In this document: in pieces, positions 23,022 through 24,000 of the stretch
Numbering within the stretch: position 1 is the stretch's first letter
Layout: the number at the start of each line of letters is the position of its first letter
Assembly (NCBI GenBank): GCA_910575505.1
Contig: CAJTFK010000014.1
Span: 79,540-103,539, forward strand
Length of the DNA: 24,000 bases
Source of the DNA: Oscillospiraceae bacterium
GTDB lineage: Bacteria; Bacillota; Clostridia; Oscillospirales; Oscillospiraceae
Direction: 5' to 3'
Translations under genes and position numbers: made by a program
Notes under the pieces: model-generated
Database searches by the model: none
What the model saw: only the letters and a program-made list of their open reading frames with translations
What the model was told of the DNA's origin: nothing

Positions 23022-24000
23022 TTTTTCCCCCACACAAGGAACATTTTTAACGAATGGCTGGTGAGGGATACGAGCAAGAAAATCCGGGCGGTAAAACGCT
23101 CAAAAGGCATGAGTGGGAAGCCTGTCACAAGCAAGCCCGTGTACGGCTACCTCATGGACGAGGACGAAAATTTCATCATTGACGGGGAAGCCGCCCCCGT
23201 GGTGAAGCAGATATACAGCCTTTGCCTTGCCGGGAACGGACCGACCAAGATAGCCCGTATGCTCACGGAGCAGCAGACACCCACGCCGGGAACGCTGGAA
23301 TACCGCCGGACGGGAAGCACACGCCGCTACCACCCCGGCTATGAGTGCAAGTGGGCGACTAACACCGTGGCGCATATCCTTGAAAACCGGGAGTACACGG
23401 GCTGCCTTGTGAACTTCAAGACCGAGAAAGTGTCCTACAAGGTAAAGCACAGTGTAGAAAATCCCGTGGAGAAACAGGCGGTATTTGAGAACCACCACGA
23501 ACCAATCATAGACCGTGACACATGGGAACGTGTGCAGGAGCTACGCAAGCAGCGCAAACGCCCGAACCGCTATGATGAAGTGGGCTTGTTCTCCGGCATA
23601 CTGTTTTGTGCGGATTGCGGCAGCGTCATGTACCAGCAGAGGTATCAGACGGACAAGCGGCGGCAGGACTGCTACATATGCGGCAGCTACAAGAAGCGCA
23701 CCCGTGACTGTACGGCGCACTTTATCCGCACCGACCTGTTGACCGAGGGAGTGACCGAGAACCTACGGAAAGTCACCAGCTACGCCGCAAAGCACGAAGC
23801 CCGGTTTATGAAGCTGTTGACCGAGCAGACCGAGGACGGGAGCAAACGCCGGAACGCCGCAAGGAAGAAAGAACTGGAAGCGGCAGAAAAGCGGATTGCG
23901 GAACTCTCCGCTATCTTCAAGCGGCTGTATGAGGACAGCGTGACCGGGCGCATATCGGACGAGCGTTTCACGGAGCTTTCGGCAGACTATGAAGCCGAGC
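23022..24000 (+). pseudogene. 5'-truncated TnpX-like large serine recombinase (recombinase domain, zinc ribbon, coiled coil); continues beyond the right edge
   Basis: This frame is absent from the ORF track because it runs off the window. Recognisable similarity starts at ..FFPHTRNIFNEWLVRDTSKKIRAVKRSKGMSGKPVTSKPVYGY. It continues through ILENREYTG, CADCGSVMYQQ...CYICGSYKK...C and ...IAELSAIFKRLYEDSVTGRISDERF. No resolvase catalytic domain lies upstream; the same frame back to the TAA at 22899 translates to non-homologous sequence. Confidence 0.7.

Noticed and set aside
18492-24000. The 18492-18863 fragment and the 23022+ fragment as two halves of one recombinase gene split by a 4.2-kb insertion
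   Set aside because: The N-terminal fragment is of the YCRVST/SRFxRN subtype, like genes 1 and 3. The C-terminal fragment is of the TnpX-like NEW..DTSKKI subtype. The duplicated leader also explains the first fragment better as a tandem-module scar.
1-24000. CRISPR arrays, tRNA or rRNA genes
   Set aside because: I noticed no regularly spaced direct repeats, and no cloverleaf-like or rRNA-like conserved segments, on either strand.

Overview
The window starts with two metabolic genes (1-1783): a partial family III CoA-transferase and an iron-type alcohol dehydrogenase. The remaining ~21 kb is accessory, mobile-element-type DNA with visibly mosaic base composition.
- 1.8-3.7 kb: a leftward-reading stack of three XRE-type HTH genes and one ribbon-helix-helix gene, with operator-like palindromes.
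- 3.8-9.6 kb: rightward hypothetical genes. Several carry sigma-70 region-4/LuxR-like HTHs, one interrupted by an in-frame TAG. There is also a lipoprotein and a small membrane-anchored protein.
- 9.85-13.4 kb (the stand-out locus): one 948-aa ORF fuses an ExoIII/APE-type (EEP) nuclease to a group-II-intron-like reverse transcriptase. It also carries a degenerate Cys/HNH remnant and an extra C-terminal domain. It is tightly coupled to an orphan OmpR-type response-regulator-like gene with an atypical receiver, and it is not embedded in intron RNA.
- 13.65-15.3 kb: a consensus promoter, a small ORF, an ImmA/IrrE-like metallopeptidase, a zinc-ribbon protein, a repeat/hairpin cluster and a strong terminator.
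- 15.4-18.4 kb: a sigma-r4-like HTH protein, a ~300-nt GC-rich region with a consistent set of nested helices (candidate structured RNA), a DinG/XPD-like Fe-S helicase and an overlapping 49-aa ORF.
- 18.4-22.9 kb: a truncated, degenerate resolvase-domain fragment with a duplicated leader. It is followed by a recombinase triplet: large serine recombinase, catalytic-domain-less recombinase-domain protein, large serine recombinase.
- 22.9-24 kb: a 5'-truncated TnpX-like serine recombinase gene runs off the window, suggesting nested insertion of one element into another.
No rRNA, tRNA or CRISPR array was seen. All functional calls rest on motif recognition by eye; no database search or folding program was available.
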